Positions 1 to 10,156 are shown, counted from the first letter of the stretch. The stretch is DNA of 64,000 nt from an uncultured Pseudomonadota bacterium (GCA_903844895.1 CAIMVM010000171.1:45534-109533), one strand, 5' to 3'. The notes: generated by a model from the sequence alone, not told the origin. Translations and numbers: made by a program.

Positions 1-1
1 A

Positions 2-571
2 AAGAAGGTTGCCGACGTGGGGATTCACGGATTTATTTGTGTCAATAATCGTGCCGGCGGCCACGCTGGCGATAAGTCATCTGAAACTCTCATTCAAGAT
101 TTTGCAAAGTTAGGCCTACCTGTCCTTTGTGCCGGCGGGGTTTCCACCCCACAAGACTTTCGGCACGCTCTCGACCTGGGGTATGCTGGAGTTCAGATGG
201 GCACAAGGTTTATTGCTACGACGGAATGCTTTGCCCATAAAGAGTATAAGGACGCCATCGTAAAAGCTCAGGAGTCCGATATTGTGTTGACCGATCTTAT
301 AAGTGGCGTCCCAGTAGCCGTCATTAACACCCCCTATATCGAAAGAGTTGGCACCAAAGCCGGACTGATACTCAAATGGCTCCTCAAAAATGAAAAAACT
401 AAGCATAAAGCGAGATCATTCCTGTTTCTAAAAAGCATTTGGCAACTCCCTCAGGCAGCCCGCAAAGGAAGTCGCTACAATGATTACTGGCAGGCAGGTA
501 AAAGCGTTAAAGGTATCGACTCTGTGGAGCCTGTCTCAAAAATCATGCAGAGTTTCCAAAAGGTACTCTAA
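2..571 (+). CDS. Nitronate monooxygenase / FabK-like FMN oxidoreductase, C-terminal fragment (5' end outside window)
   Basis: Frame is open from the window edge (same frame as listed ORF 17..571). GGHAGD...LPVLCAGGVSTPQDF...GYAGVQMGTRFIAT are conserved C-terminal motifs of the NMO/2-nitropropane dioxygenase family. Confidence 0.7.
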   Translation, partial: KKVADVGIHGFICVNNRAGGHAGDKSSETLIQDFAKLGLPVLCAGGVSTPQDFRHALDLGYAGVQMGTRFIATTECFAHKEYKDAIVKAQESDIVLTDLISGVPVAVINTPYIERVGTKAGLILKWLLKNEKTKHKARSFLFLKSIWQLPQAARKGSRYNDYWQAGKSVKGIDSVEPVSKIMQSFQKVL

Positions 572-664
572 ACGACATTTCTTCTCCGCCTTTCAAGATG
601 TTCTTAGGGCACATTTTTTTGGTAAGCTATCCCGCAGGAATGAAGGTAATTCCTTCATCTTGTC

Positions 665-1905
665 CACGGGTGTCTTATCTAAATAGTTAATGATTTCAAT
701 TTGGTAAGTTTGTAAAATATTTTTTTTACTTACTAATTTGGAGTGTTTGCAAATGATGGGAAGCCTGGTCAAGGAAGACCTGGCTGTGAATTTCGATATG
801 ATCGAAGATCCACGGCTAGATCGAACGAAGAAGTATCCGATTGAAGAGATTATTTTTTTAGCACTTTTTGCAGCTTTGCTTGGTATAGAAAGCTGGCGAG
901 GCATCGAACTTGTGGGTAAAGAAAGAATTGATTTCCTTCGGAAATTTTTACTTTTTAAGGAAGGTGTTCCCACCCATCAGACTATTGGACGGGTATTTTC
1001 TATCTTGAAGCCAAAGTCTTTTGAGAGCTTCTTTCGTAACTATACAGCGACCCTCTGCGGTTCAAATGAAGGTAGGCATATTGCCATGGATGGCAAAACT
1101 ATGTGCGGATCGTATGACAAAGCATCAGGTAAGAAAGCTCTTCATTTGCTCCATGCTCAGGCTGTAGACATGGGAATTACTTTAGCTCAGCTTGAAGTTG
1201 GAGCTAAAACAAATGAAATCACCACAGTGCCAGAAATGATTGATGCTCTTGATGTTAAGGGCGCTATGATCTCTGCTGACGCCCTGAATACTCAGAAAGA
1301 AATTGCGAGCAAAATCATTGATGCCGAAGCAGACTACACTTTGGCCCTTAAGGGAAATCACAAAACTCTTAACGAAGACGTACAGTTAACTTTTGACACG
1401 CAGCTTATCCCTAATGAAAATAGACAGATTGAAACTGAAAAGGGCCATGGGAGAGTCACTGAGTGGACCTATGAAGTCATCGATATAGACTCCAAGATAC
1501 TTCCCCAAGCTTCTGAATGGAAAGGCCTAAAGTCCGTTGGAAGAGCAAAAACCACCGTCTGCAAAGAAGGACGAGAAACCAGTGAAACACGTTATTATTT
1601 GCTTAGTTATCGAGATATTAAGCTTTTCGCTAAAAGCGCTCGAGGGCATTGGGCTGTAGAGTCCATGCACTGGATTTTGGACGTAACTTACAATGAAGAC
1701 GCTTGCAGAAAGCGAAAAGACAATGCCCCTCGAAACTACTCGCTCATAAGAAAGTTTGCTCTCAATATAATCAAAACCGTGAAAGGAAAGCTCAGTGTGC
1801 CTCTTGTTCACATTAAATCAGCAGCCAATCCCGAGTATCTAACGGCCATGTTGGTCAGCGCAGGGTTCCCACTTTTGGCAACTTGATTTAGATAAGACAG
1901 CCGTG
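665..1905 (+). mobile_element. ISAs1-family insertion sequence, apparently intact (1241 bp)
   Basis: Terminal inverted repeats CACGGGTGTCTTATCTAAAT (665-684) and ATTTAGATAAGACAGCCGTG (1886-1905) are 19/20 complementary. Flanked by the 10-bp direct repeat TCATCTTGTC (655-664 and 1906-1915). Contains one uninterrupted transposase ORF. Confidence 0.85.
738..1886 (+). CDS. ISAs1-family (H-repeat-associated, DDE) transposase
   Basis: N-terminal DPRLDRTKKYPIEEIIFLALFAALLGIESWRGIE block and C-terminal GHWAVESMHWILDVTYNEDACR block are typical of ISAs1/YhhI-type transposases. The stop codon abuts the right IR. Confidence 0.85.
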   Translation: MECLQMMGSLVKEDLAVNFDMIEDPRLDRTKKYPIEEIIFLALFAALLGIESWRGIELVGKERIDFLRKFLLFKEGVPTHQTIGRVFSILKPKSFESFFRNYTATLCGSNEGRHIAMDGKTMCGSYDKASGKKALHLLHAQAVDMGITLAQLEVGAKTNEITTVPEMIDALDVKGAMISADALNTQKEIASKIIDAEADYTLALKGNHKTLNEDVQLTFDTQLIPNENRQIETEKGHGRVTEWTYEVIDIDSKILPQASEWKGLKSVGRAKTTVCKEGRETSETRYYLLSYRDIKLFAKSARGHWAVESMHWILDVTYNEDACRKRKDNAPRNYSLIRKFALNIIKTVKGKLSVPLVHIKSAANPEYLTAMLVSAGFPLLAT

Positions 1906-1980
1906 TCATCTTGTCCCATAAACTTGTTCTTTTTTTGGAAAAGTTGTAGCATCAGCCTTTACTTTAAAGAGGAGTCTCCC

Positions 1981-2562
1981 ATGGCCTTTACTCTGCCACC
2001 ACTACCCTATGCAACCGATGCTCTAGCCCCCCATTTTTCGAAAGAAACTCTAGAATTTCATCATGGCAAACATCACAACGCCTATGTCGTAAAGTTGAAC
2101 GAACTCATTCCCGGTACTAAGTTTGAACACTCTACCCTTGAAGAAATCATTTTGTCGGCAGAAGGTCCCATCTATAATCAAGCGGCTCAGATTTGGAATC
2201 ACACTTTTTTTTGGAACTGCCTAACCCCCAAAAGCTCAGGTAAGCCCAGCGGTAAATTGTTAAGTGCTATTGAATCCACATGGGGTTCCTTTGAAGCGTT
2301 CAAAACGGAATATACCGCTAAGACGATTGCAGTTTTTGGCTCAGGTTGGTCCTTTCTTGCAAAAGATAAAGATGGAAAACTTGTGATCACTCAGGAGGGG
2401 GCAGCTGGAAATCCTATGAAACAGGGTCTTAAACCAGTTCTTACCTGTGATGTTTGGGAACATGCTTATTATATAGATTTTAGAAATCTGCGACCTAAGT
2501 ATCTTGAAGCCTTTTGGGCTCTCGTGAATTGGGATTTTGCATCTAAGAATTTTGAAGGCTAG
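1981..2562 (+). CDS. sodB: Fe-type superoxide dismutase
   Basis: MAFTLPPLPYATDALAPH, FHHGKHH, AAQIWNHTFFW and DVWEHAYYIDFRN motifs. Start moved from listed 1903 to ATG 1981, which follows an AAAGAGGAG RBS and gives the canonical SOD N-terminus. Confidence 0.9.
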   Translation: MAFTLPPLPYATDALAPHFSKETLEFHHGKHHNAYVVKLNELIPGTKFEHSTLEEIILSAEGPIYNQAAQIWNHTFFWNCLTPKSSGKPSGKLLSAIESTWGSFEAFKTEYTAKTIAVFGSGWSFLAKDKDGKLVITQEGAAGNPMKQGLKPVLTCDVWEHAYYIDFRNLRPKYLEAFWALVNWDFASKNFEG

Positions 2563-2608
2563 TGCGCCATTCCATTACTTTAATTTCTGTTTCCAGTTTA
2601 TTACTTTA

Positions 2609-2650
2609 GCGCCTTATTTTGAAAAATCTTTCAGAATAAGGCGCTTTCTT
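2609..2650 (+). terminator. Rho-independent terminator after sodB
   Basis: 10-bp perfect stem GCGCCTTATT (2609-2618) / AATAAGGCGC (2635-2644) followed by TTTCTT. Confidence 0.7.
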
Positions 2651-2754
2651 GATTGGAATTAAGAAGTTTAGAGGCGACAAAAATGATGGTTTGCTTCATT
2701 GAAACCGCCTCATTCGATGATGATAGAATCATTTCCCCCAACCTGGGTACTTAC

Positions 2755-3777
2755 CTATTCTTCAGATTTAGGATCTCGATTGATAACTTTTTTAAAGGCC
2801 TCGCCTATAGCAACGCCTTCGTAAAGCACCTCATTCACTGCAAAAGTAAGAGGCGCATCGATATTTAAATCCATTGCAATTTGTTTGGCTGCCTTTGCTG
2901 TATAAACTCCTTCAGCCACAGATCCAAGAGCCTTAAGCGTATCATCTAACGACTTGCCTTTAGCAAGGTGAAAACCCGTGGAGTAATTACGGCTTTTCTC
3001 AGACGTACATGTGAGAAATAAGTCACCTACGCCGGAAAGCCCCATAAAGGTCTGCTTTTGAGCTCCTAAGGCTTGACCAAATCTTGCCATTTCAGCAAGC
3101 CCCCGTGTTATCAGCGCAGCCATTGTATTTACTTGAAACCCAAAACCTACACAGGCTCCCGCTGCTATCGCCACCACATTCTTTAGAGCTCCTGCAACCT
3201 CAAGTCCCTTAGGGTCAGGGGATGTGTAAATTCTAAAAAAGGGATCATGAAGTAGAGCCTGGGCAGAAAGGGCACTTGCTGGGTTATAGCTTGCAATAGC
3301 AACAGCCGTGGGCTGTTTCTCCATGACCTCTACCGCAAAGCTTGGCCCAGAAAGTATAGACGCGTTTAGGAAGGCCTTCTCGCCAAACTCTGCCTTTATA
3401 ATATCTAAGGGAAACATTTTGCTACTTATATCAATGCCTTTAGAAGCACAAATAAGCGGAATATCGACCAGTGGGGTCTTTGAAAAGTCTCTAAGGACAC
3501 TGGCAATGGCCTGAACTGGAATCACGATAATGGCATGACTCATGTTAGAAAAGTCGATATCTGCAACCTCGGATGTCGCCCTAATGTTTAAGGGAAGCGA
3601 GTATTGAGGCAAATATTTCAAGTTTCTATGTTCTTTATTGATACCTTCGACAACCTCAGTCGATCGATCAAAAATTACGACTTTTTTACCCTTACCTGCT
3701 AGATGGAAAGCTAGGCAAGTACCAAAATTCCCCCCTCCGATAACTAACACTTTTTCATTTTCACTATTTAAATTCAT
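2755..3777 (-). CDS. gpsA: NAD(P)H-dependent glycerol-3-phosphate dehydrogenase
   Basis: N-terminal VIGGGNFGTCLA Rossmann motif and full-length GpsA-like sequence (340 aa). Confidence 0.9.
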   Translation of the reverse strand: MNLNSENEKVLVIGGGNFGTCLAFHLAGKGKKVVIFDRSTEVVEGINKEHRNLKYLPQYSLPLNIRATSEVADIDFSNMSHAIIVIPVQAIASVLRDFSKTPLVDIPLICASKGIDISSKMFPLDIIKAEFGEKAFLNASILSGPSFAVEVMEKQPTAVAIASYNPASALSAQALLHDPFFRIYTSPDPKGLEVAGALKNVVAIAAGACVGFGFQVNTMAALITRGLAEMARFGQALGAQKQTFMGLSGVGDLFLTCTSEKSRNYSTGFHLAKGKSLDDTLKALGSVAEGVYTAKAAKQIAMDLNIDAPLTFAVNEVLYEGVAIGEAFKKVINRDPKSEE

Positions 3778-3809
3778 ACTTTTCCACCTAGATAATCGCT
3801 TAGACTGAC

Positions 3810-5567
3810 TTAATCATTGCTTAGTGGAAGGTGTTTCAACTTCAATTCGTCCAATTGCTTTTGGTCCAAAGGCGCGGGACTCCCATCAAGGGGAAATATC
3901 CCGGTATTATTGCATGGAAAGGCAATCACTTCTCGAATAGAATCTTCGTCGCACATGATCGCAGTAAGACGATCGAGACCCATGGCACAGCCACCGTGGG
4001 GAGGCGCACCATATTCAAAAGCGCGCATCAAAAAGCCAAACTTTGATTCAGCCTCTTCTTCGGGCATTTTTACAATATTTAAAATCTTTCGTTGCAATTC
4101 TGGCCGATTGATTCGAATGGAGCCTGAAATAAGCTCAACTCCATTCAGAACTAAATCATAAAGTTGTCCACGAACTTTACCTGGCTCTGAATCCAACCAC
4201 TTCATGTCTTCCGCTAAGGGGTGGGTAAACAAATGGTGCATGGCATCATACGCCCCTCGCTCTTCATTCCACTCGAAAAGCGGAAACTTATTAACCCAAA
4301 GAAAGTCATATTTGGATCTATCAATGAGCTCAAACTTTCTGCCCGCATAAAGTCTAATTTGTGCTAAAGCAGCACATGCTTTTTCATATTTATCGGCAAC
4401 AAAAAACAATACCGAGTCATTAGTAAGATTAAAGATTTCTTTAATGGCCTGGTTGGAATTTAAAAACTTAGAAATGCCACCACTAAATTCAGAGCCATTC
4501 CACTTTGCCCAGGCTAAACCTTTAGCTCCATACTTCTTAGCAAGTTCCGTAAGTTCATCGATTTCTTTTCTTGAAAACTCGGACCCTTTATCTATGCACA
4601 ATGCCCTTACAGATTCAGCCTCCTGAAATACTGGAAAGTCTATGGATTTAGCCCAGCCCGTTACTGTAACTAGCTCTAGCCCAAAACGCCGATCTGGCTT
4701 ATCGATACCATATTTTTCCATAACTTCTGCATAGGAAACTATAGGAAATGTTTGAGGAATCTCTACGCCCTTCAACTTTTTAAAAACAGGATTGAGATAC
4801 GACTCTACAACTGAAAAAACATCCTGCTCTTCTACGAAAGTCATTTCCATATCGATTTGCGTATGAACTGGAACCCGGTCAGCCCTAAGATCTTCATCGC
4901 GAAAGGCTTGAGCAAACTGAAAATAACGGTCACAGCCGGAAATCATAAGCATCTGTTTGTAAAGCTGGGGGCTTTGCGGTAGAGCGTAAAACGTACCTGG
5001 ATGAACTCGAGAAGGGACGACAAAATCCCTGGAACCCTCTGGAGTAGAACGAATTAAAAGTGGGGTCTCAATTTCTAGAAACCCTAAAGAATTAAAAACA
5101 TCTCTAACAATCTGAATAATGTCGTGGCGGACCTTCAAATTTCGCTGCATTTTTGCACGCCTTAGATCTAAATAGCGATACTTGAGACGTATATCTGAAG
5201 CTACGTTTTGATCATCTCGCACCTGAAAGGGAAGTTCTTGTGGGGCCTGATTCAGGATATTGACGCTCGTAATCACAAGTTCAACAGCCCCTGTGGCTTG
5301 CTCATGATTAATATCCTTTTCACGCCGAAGACGAACAGTCCCAGATATCTGAACGCAAGTTTCGAAACGCAGGGTTCTTAGATCGGCCATAATCTGATCA
5401 TTTCCCGTACCTAGTTCGTACACACACTGTGTGACGCCATACCGATCCCTAAGGGTCAGGAAATAGATTTGTCCAATATCTCGGTAACGATCTACCCATC
5501 CACAAAGTGTTACCGATTTTCCATCATGAATCGGTCTTGCGTCACCACATGTTTGACTTCTGAGCAT
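3810..5567 (-). CDS. aspS: Aspartate--tRNA ligase (bacterial type)
   Basis: 585 aa. Class II motifs FYALPQSPQLYKQ, FRDEDLRADR and GGCAMGLDRL, with the bacterial insertion domain present. Confidence 0.95.
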   Translation of the reverse strand: MLRSQTCGDARPIHDGKSVTLCGWVDRYRDIGQIYFLTLRDRYGVTQCVYELGTGNDQIMADLRTLRFETCVQISGTVRLRREKDINHEQATGAVELVITSVNILNQAPQELPFQVRDDQNVASDIRLKYRYLDLRRAKMQRNLKVRHDIIQIVRDVFNSLGFLEIETPLLIRSTPEGSRDFVVPSRVHPGTFYALPQSPQLYKQMLMISGCDRYFQFAQAFRDEDLRADRVPVHTQIDMEMTFVEEQDVFSVVESYLNPVFKKLKGVEIPQTFPIVSYAEVMEKYGIDKPDRRFGLELVTVTGWAKSIDFPVFQEAESVRALCIDKGSEFSRKEIDELTELAKKYGAKGLAWAKWNGSEFSGGISKFLNSNQAIKEIFNLTNDSVLFFVADKYEKACAALAQIRLYAGRKFELIDRSKYDFLWVNKFPLFEWNEERGAYDAMHHLFTHPLAEDMKWLDSEPGKVRGQLYDLVLNGVELISGSIRINRPELQRKILNIVKMPEEEAESKFGFLMRAFEYGAPPHGGCAMGLDRLTAIMCDEDSIREVIAFPCNNTGIFPLDGSPAPLDQKQLDELKLKHLPLSND

Positions 5568-5607
5568 ATTTTTACCTTTATGTATTGGCCATCATAAGAA
5601 AATCTAA

Positions 5608-6885
5608 CTATTTAGCGGAAGCTAGCTTCTCAAAAACCTTTCGTGGAACAACCATTAAATCTGGCTGAACCTCTGTCCCTACGTTAACATTTTCGGTAGA
5701 CTTTGACTCAAAGACAAACAGCTTTCTCTTTTCACCCTTTGAAGTCTCTAAATCAATGGTCCACTCCGGCTTTTTAGAAGACTTTTTATCGTTCTTTTCA
5801 AAGCCTGTCGCACGCGCAAAGTCTAAATCCATCACAAACGCCGCGGCGTCTACACCAGTTGGTTTAGTGCTCCCATCAGTGCCTTCTTCCCATTTTTCGC
5901 CAGCCTTTGTAAACGAATGACCATTAACTTTAAAAGCACTCAATTCAGCTATCGGCAAATCTAAAACTTTTTTAGCTCTAAAGTCCTCTAGAGGTTTTTG
6001 TAAAATTTGTTTCGAGCCAGAGTCAATATCATAACCTAGGCTTTTTTCGGTATGAATTAGGCGAAGCTTTCCAGCTACTTCTCCAGCTGCTCCGGTAAAT
6101 AGAACTTCGCCTTTAGAGTTCGTTAACGCTAGCTTCGGCAGTGCCTTATCAGCTGTTGACGGGCTCGTAAAACCCGCAGCCTTAATGGCAAGAAGATCAG
6201 CCAACCATGAATCTACAGCTGAAGTATCCGCAGTGAACTCACCCGTTGTGTTCTTAATCGTCCATCCACTCGAAACGCGACTTAGCTTCAAAGAATTAAT
6301 CTCGATAGAAGAAACGCTCGCTGGATCTATTGAAAAGATAGTCTTGCTTCGAAGATCAACAATCGTTTTTGAAGTTGCCGACAATAGATGCTGATTCGCG
6401 ACTAAAACTTCATGGGGCTTAAGAGACTGTCTCACATAAACGGAATAACCGACGGGAGACTTTCCGCCAAACCAAAAATGTATTACTTCGCCATTCGCTT
6501 TAGTTAGGGAGACTTTCCTAGCGGATTCCTCTGTTACTCCATAACCCGCAAACGTCTCCTCGCCTTCACCTGCCACTTTTGTATAGGTAAAATCGGCTAA
6601 AAGTTTTATCATGGTGTCCACAACTGCCGCGTCAGCTGCCCCATTCTCTGGGGAGATTAATGACCAAGAGCCTTCATTCTTCTTTAAAGAAACAAAAGCG
6701 GGCACATCTGAACCATCCGGATTCTTGATTTCAACCCCAGTTACATCTTCAGATTTAAACTCTAAAACCTTCTTCTCAGCCGCCGACTCTTTACCAGATT
6801 CCGTCTTGGAATGATCCCAAACTCCCACAGCTAAAAGAGCAAGTATGGCTACTAAAAGGATGATCCATAACTTTTTAGGCCTCAT
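5608..6885 (-). CDS. DUF4340-like membrane-anchored protein, last gene of the GldG-like ABC operon
   Basis: Start set to ATG 6885 (MRPKKLWIILLVAILALLAV anchor), which overlaps the upstream stop as ATGA. The position downstream of a GldG-like gene is typical for DUF4340. Family call is from context and overall composition only. Confidence 0.55.
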   Translation of the reverse strand: MRPKKLWIILLVAILALLAVGVWDHSKTESGKESAAEKKVLEFKSEDVTGVEIKNPDGSDVPAFVSLKKNEGSWSLISPENGAADAAVVDTMIKLLADFTYTKVAGEGEETFAGYGVTEESARKVSLTKANGEVIHFWFGGKSPVGYSVYVRQSLKPHEVLVANQHLLSATSKTIVDLRSKTIFSIDPASVSSIEINSLKLSRVSSGWTIKNTTGEFTADTSAVDSWLADLLAIKAAGFTSPSTADKALPKLALTNSKGEVLFTGAAGEVAGKLRLIHTEKSLGYDIDSGSKQILQKPLEDFRAKKVLDLPIAELSAFKVNGHSFTKAGEKWEEGTDGSTKPTGVDAAAFVMDLDFARATGFEKNDKKSSKKPEWTIDLETSKGEKRKLFVFESKSTENVNVGTEVQPDLMVVPRKVFEKLASAK

Positions 6886-8456
6886 GCAGAACGTCTCCTC
6901 ATCCAAAAGACTAGAGAAGCACCTAAAAATAGGAACGGGTAGATATAGCTCAGGCCATAGAATCCAATCAATGCTGACCCCGTATTCATAGACAAAGTGC
7001 TTTCTGCCTGCTCTTTGGTAGGCACTGAAATAAAATCACCATCTTGGCTCAACCAAGACATGCTAGATGCAAATAAGTCACGGTGAGCTGCAGACATCAT
7101 CAAGCCTTGGTTATTTACAAGAAAACTTGATCCGATCACTACCAAGCGGGCTTCTTTTTCTCCAGATTCCGTCTTTACTTTTTTTGTGACAGCAGAAATG
7201 GCATCAAAACTACCTTTATCCAGTCTGTCTTGGGTTAAATTCTTCAAGTCTTGTTCAGAATTCACTCCACGAATCCGCACAACAACTTCAGAAGTTTTCG
7301 CGAGAGAGTCAACAGTATACCCTGCAGGCTCGCCTACCTTTTCTATGGTTCTTAAAAATGGAAGCATAACGTCCACTGAACCACGTTTTGCTATGTCTCT
7401 GGTTGCACCATGTGTTTTATTAAATCCAGAAATAATTCCATTGTTCTGTCCATAGAGCTGAGCCCTAGGATCATTGGGATTCATAATAACTAGGTCATTG
7501 CTAAATTTAAGACCATAATTCGCTAGAAAGGTATTCACGTTAGCCATGTCTTTAACGGCATCAATAGCAACGATGAGTGCTCCGCCATTTTCGACATAAG
7601 TGTTTAAAAATCCAATTTCTTGCTCTTTAATGTCATACTTGGAGCCGGCAAGAATCACAACATCAGCGTCATTTGGTACCGACCCTGTTTCCAAAAGCTG
7701 AAGTGATTTGACTTCAAATTTCTGGCTTTCTAACAGCTGCAATGCCACCTGAAACCCTTGTCCTTCTTGACTTGTAGTCTCGCCTTCACCATGGCCGCCA
7801 ATGAAGTATACTTTCTTGCCTCCATCTTTCATTACATTAGAAAGAGCATTGGTGATTTTTTCCTCATTAAACGTAGTAATTCGGGCCTCTCTGCCTTTAT
7901 TCTTGAAAATGACGGTATTACCGGCAGTTAACTTTTCTGATTGAGCTAAAATAGGCTCTTTGTCGGGGTCAACATATTTAGCGTTAATAGTTGCACCAGA
8001 TCTCTGATAAAGTTCTAAAAAAGACTTAAACTCATCTTTTTGAGCATCATCTTGGAAAAAAGCTAATACTTCAATTTCAACTTTATCCTGTTTCAGCTTT
8101 TTGACAAATGTCAGACTAGCTTCACTTAAAGTATTGTTTCCTTTGGATGTTGCATCGAATTGCTTATTTAGATTGGGACGTGTGGAAAGGTAACCAGTCC
8201 CAATAATAATTGCTAAAACAGCAAGCAGGGTAATTCCGGATGACGTTCCGTACTTAGCGCCTTTTCTAGCAAACATTCGTTTGAAATTATCAAGGTCCGA
8301 CCACACCCATCCTGCTAATAAGAGAATTCCAAGGCCTAAGCCTACCCACTTCAACCACTCGACAGAAGGAAAAGCATTGCCCAATGCAACACCAATAGCA
8401 CACGTAAATACTGCAACAAAGGGAAGAACAACCGTTAAAAATTTCATTATTTCCAC
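6882..8456 (-). CDS. GldG-like ABC transporter auxiliary protein (ABC_transp_aux family)
   Basis: N- and C-terminal TM segments flank a large domain containing the VYFIGGHGE motif typical of GldG-type proteins. Overlaps both neighbouring genes. Confidence 0.7.
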   Translation of the reverse strand: MEIMKFLTVVLPFVAVFTCAIGVALGNAFPSVEWLKWVGLGLGILLLAGWVWSDLDNFKRMFARKGAKYGTSSGITLLAVLAIIIGTGYLSTRPNLNKQFDATSKGNNTLSEASLTFVKKLKQDKVEIEVLAFFQDDAQKDEFKSFLELYQRSGATINAKYVDPDKEPILAQSEKLTAGNTVIFKNKGREARITTFNEEKITNALSNVMKDGGKKVYFIGGHGEGETTSQEGQGFQVALQLLESQKFEVKSLQLLETGSVPNDADVVILAGSKYDIKEQEIGFLNTYVENGGALIVAIDAVKDMANVNTFLANYGLKFSNDLVIMNPNDPRAQLYGQNNGIISGFNKTHGATRDIAKRGSVDVMLPFLRTIEKVGEPAGYTVDSLAKTSEVVVRIRGVNSEQDLKNLTQDRLDKGSFDAISAVTKKVKTESGEKEARLVVIGSSFLVNNQGLMMSAAHRDLFASSMSWLSQDGDFISVPTKEQAESTLSMNTGSALIGFYGLSYIYPFLFLGASLVFWMRRRSA

Positions 8457-9217
8457 CTTCTTGAATCAAGAGTTACCGTTGTGAAGAAAAGAAACATCGC
8501 TGTAAACAATACAAAGAACATACTATCGCCGACGGTAATGAGACCTTTGAAAAAGACATCTAAATGCTTGGTCGTCCCGAAATATTGAAGGATACTTTCG
8601 ATTTGACCGCCAGAAGTTGTTACTGCCTTCGAAATAAAATCGAGCACTAACATCATGAAAAGACCAAACATGGTAAATATAAATGCTAAAAACTGGTTCT
8701 TAGTAAGAGAAGAAATCCAGATACCTAGACTGATTTGGGCACAAATCAAAAGAAATAAGCCCAAATAAGAGCTCATGACAACTCCCATATCCGGCGTGCC
8801 GTGAGCTTTTAAAAACAAAGGGTAACCAATAGATAGAAAAAGGACAAAGCCCATCAAACCAGCAGCGGCAACAAACTTACCCAGCACAATTTCATAGGCT
8901 TTGATGGGAGCTGTCTGTAACAGTCTTAGAGTTTGGGACTTTTGTTCTTCCGCAAAGGTTCCCATGGTTACTGCAGGTACTATAAGTATCAAAATAAAAT
9001 GGAGATTATAGAACATTGCTTTAATAAGCTGCTCCATCGTGGGCGCACCCCCACCTCCCATCATGCCAGCACGGGCCTGAAATTCGATGAAAGTCTTTAC
9101 AAAGCTAGAGAAAAATAGCCCCATAAATAATAAGAAGAAAAACAATACAGCTCCCGATTTGGGAGTAGCAAATCCAGATTTAAAATCTCTTTTAGCAATA
9201 GTTATTATAGAATTCAT
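8447..9217 (-). CDS. ABC-2 type transporter permease (GldF-like)
   Basis: 256 aa polytopic membrane protein lying between the ABC ATPase and the GldG-like gene. Confidence 0.65.
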   Translation of the reverse strand: MNSIITIAKRDFKSGFATPKSGAVLFFFLLFMGLFFSSFVKTFIEFQARAGMMGGGGAPTMEQLIKAMFYNLHFILILIVPAVTMGTFAEEQKSQTLRLLQTAPIKAYEIVLGKFVAAAGLMGFVLFLSIGYPLFLKAHGTPDMGVVMSSYLGLFLLICAQISLGIWISSLTKNQFLAFIFTMFGLFMMLVLDFISKAVTTSGGQIESILQYFGTTKHLDVFFKGLITVGDSMFFVLFTAMFLFFTTVTLDSRRWK

Positions 9218-9232
9218 ATGTAACCTCTATAT

Positions 9233-10156
9233 TTATCGAGTTAGTTGATAGAAAACATCTTCAAGACTTTTTGAAGTCTGCGATAGCTCTCGAAGCCCAA
9301 AGCCGCCATCAACCACTGTCTTCGCGACTCTGTCTAGTCCCACTTCATTTGCCGACGATAGATTAAAGGAAATTGAGCGATCATCAGACAGCTTTAACTC
9401 AGAAATTTCTGGAAGATTGCGGAGAGCCGCCATAGCATTTTCATAGCTATTTCCAACCCGAACCTTATAGGCTCGCTTGCCTTCAAATTTTGATGTTAAA
9501 TCCTCATATGTCCCGTGAGTTACTACCTTTCCACGGTTAATGATAATAATAGAGTCAGCCACATTCTGTATCTCAGACAAAATATGCGAGCTCAAAAGAA
9601 CCGTATGATCTCCTCTTAAACTTTTAATAAGTTCCCGCATTTGAAGGATTTGGTGGGGATCTAGTCCCTCTGTCGGTTCATCAAGAATCAATACTTCAGG
9701 ATCATGGACCAGCGCTTGCGCCAGCGCGACCCTCTGCCTAAAGCCCTTGGACAAGTTGCCTACTAACTTTCCTCTCACTTCACCCAAAGACAATCGCTCC
9801 AAGACTTGATTCAGTCTTGATTTGATTTTACTTGATTGAAGGCCATTAATTTCCGCAGAAAACTTTATGGATTCTTGAACTGTCAGTTCTCCATAAAGAG
9901 GGGGAACATCTGGTAGGTATCCTAAACGTCGTTTTGCTTCTAGATCTTGATCCGTGATGTCGTAACCAGCGATTTTTACATCTCCTTGGTCAGCTCCTAT
10001 ACAACCGCAAAGGATATCCATCGTTGTGGTCTTTCCTGCCCCGTTGGCGCCTAGGAAACCGACTACTGTGCCTTTAGGCACAACGAAGGAAACACCGTCT
10101 AAAACCCGGTTCGCACCGAAGCTTTTAGATAAACCAGATACTTCAATCATATTCAC
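9233..10156 (-). CDS. ABC transporter ATP-binding protein (GldA-like)
   Basis: Walker A GANGAGKTTT, signature LSKGFRQRV, Walker B LILDEPTEGLD. Confidence 0.9.
   Translation of the reverse strand: MNMIEVSGLSKSFGANRVLDGVSFVVPKGTVVGFLGANGAGKTTTMDILCGCIGADQGDVKIAGYDITDQDLEAKRRLGYLPDVPPLYGELTVQESIKFSAEINGLQSSKIKSRLNQVLERLSLGEVRGKLVGNLSKGFRQRVALAQALVHDPEVLILDEPTEGLDPHQILQMRELIKSLRGDHTVLLSSHILSEIQNVADSIIIINRGKVVTHGTYEDLTSKFEGKRAYKVRVGNSYENAMAALRNLPEISELKLSDDRSISFNLSSANEVGLDRVAKTVVDGGFGLRELSQTSKSLEDVFYQLTR

Noticed and set aside
1903-1980. 26-codon N-terminal extension of sodB in the ORF track.
   Set aside because: It starts inside the IS right inverted repeat (1903-1905) and runs through the target-site duplication. 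ATG 1981 has a strong RBS and gives the canonical SOD N-terminus.
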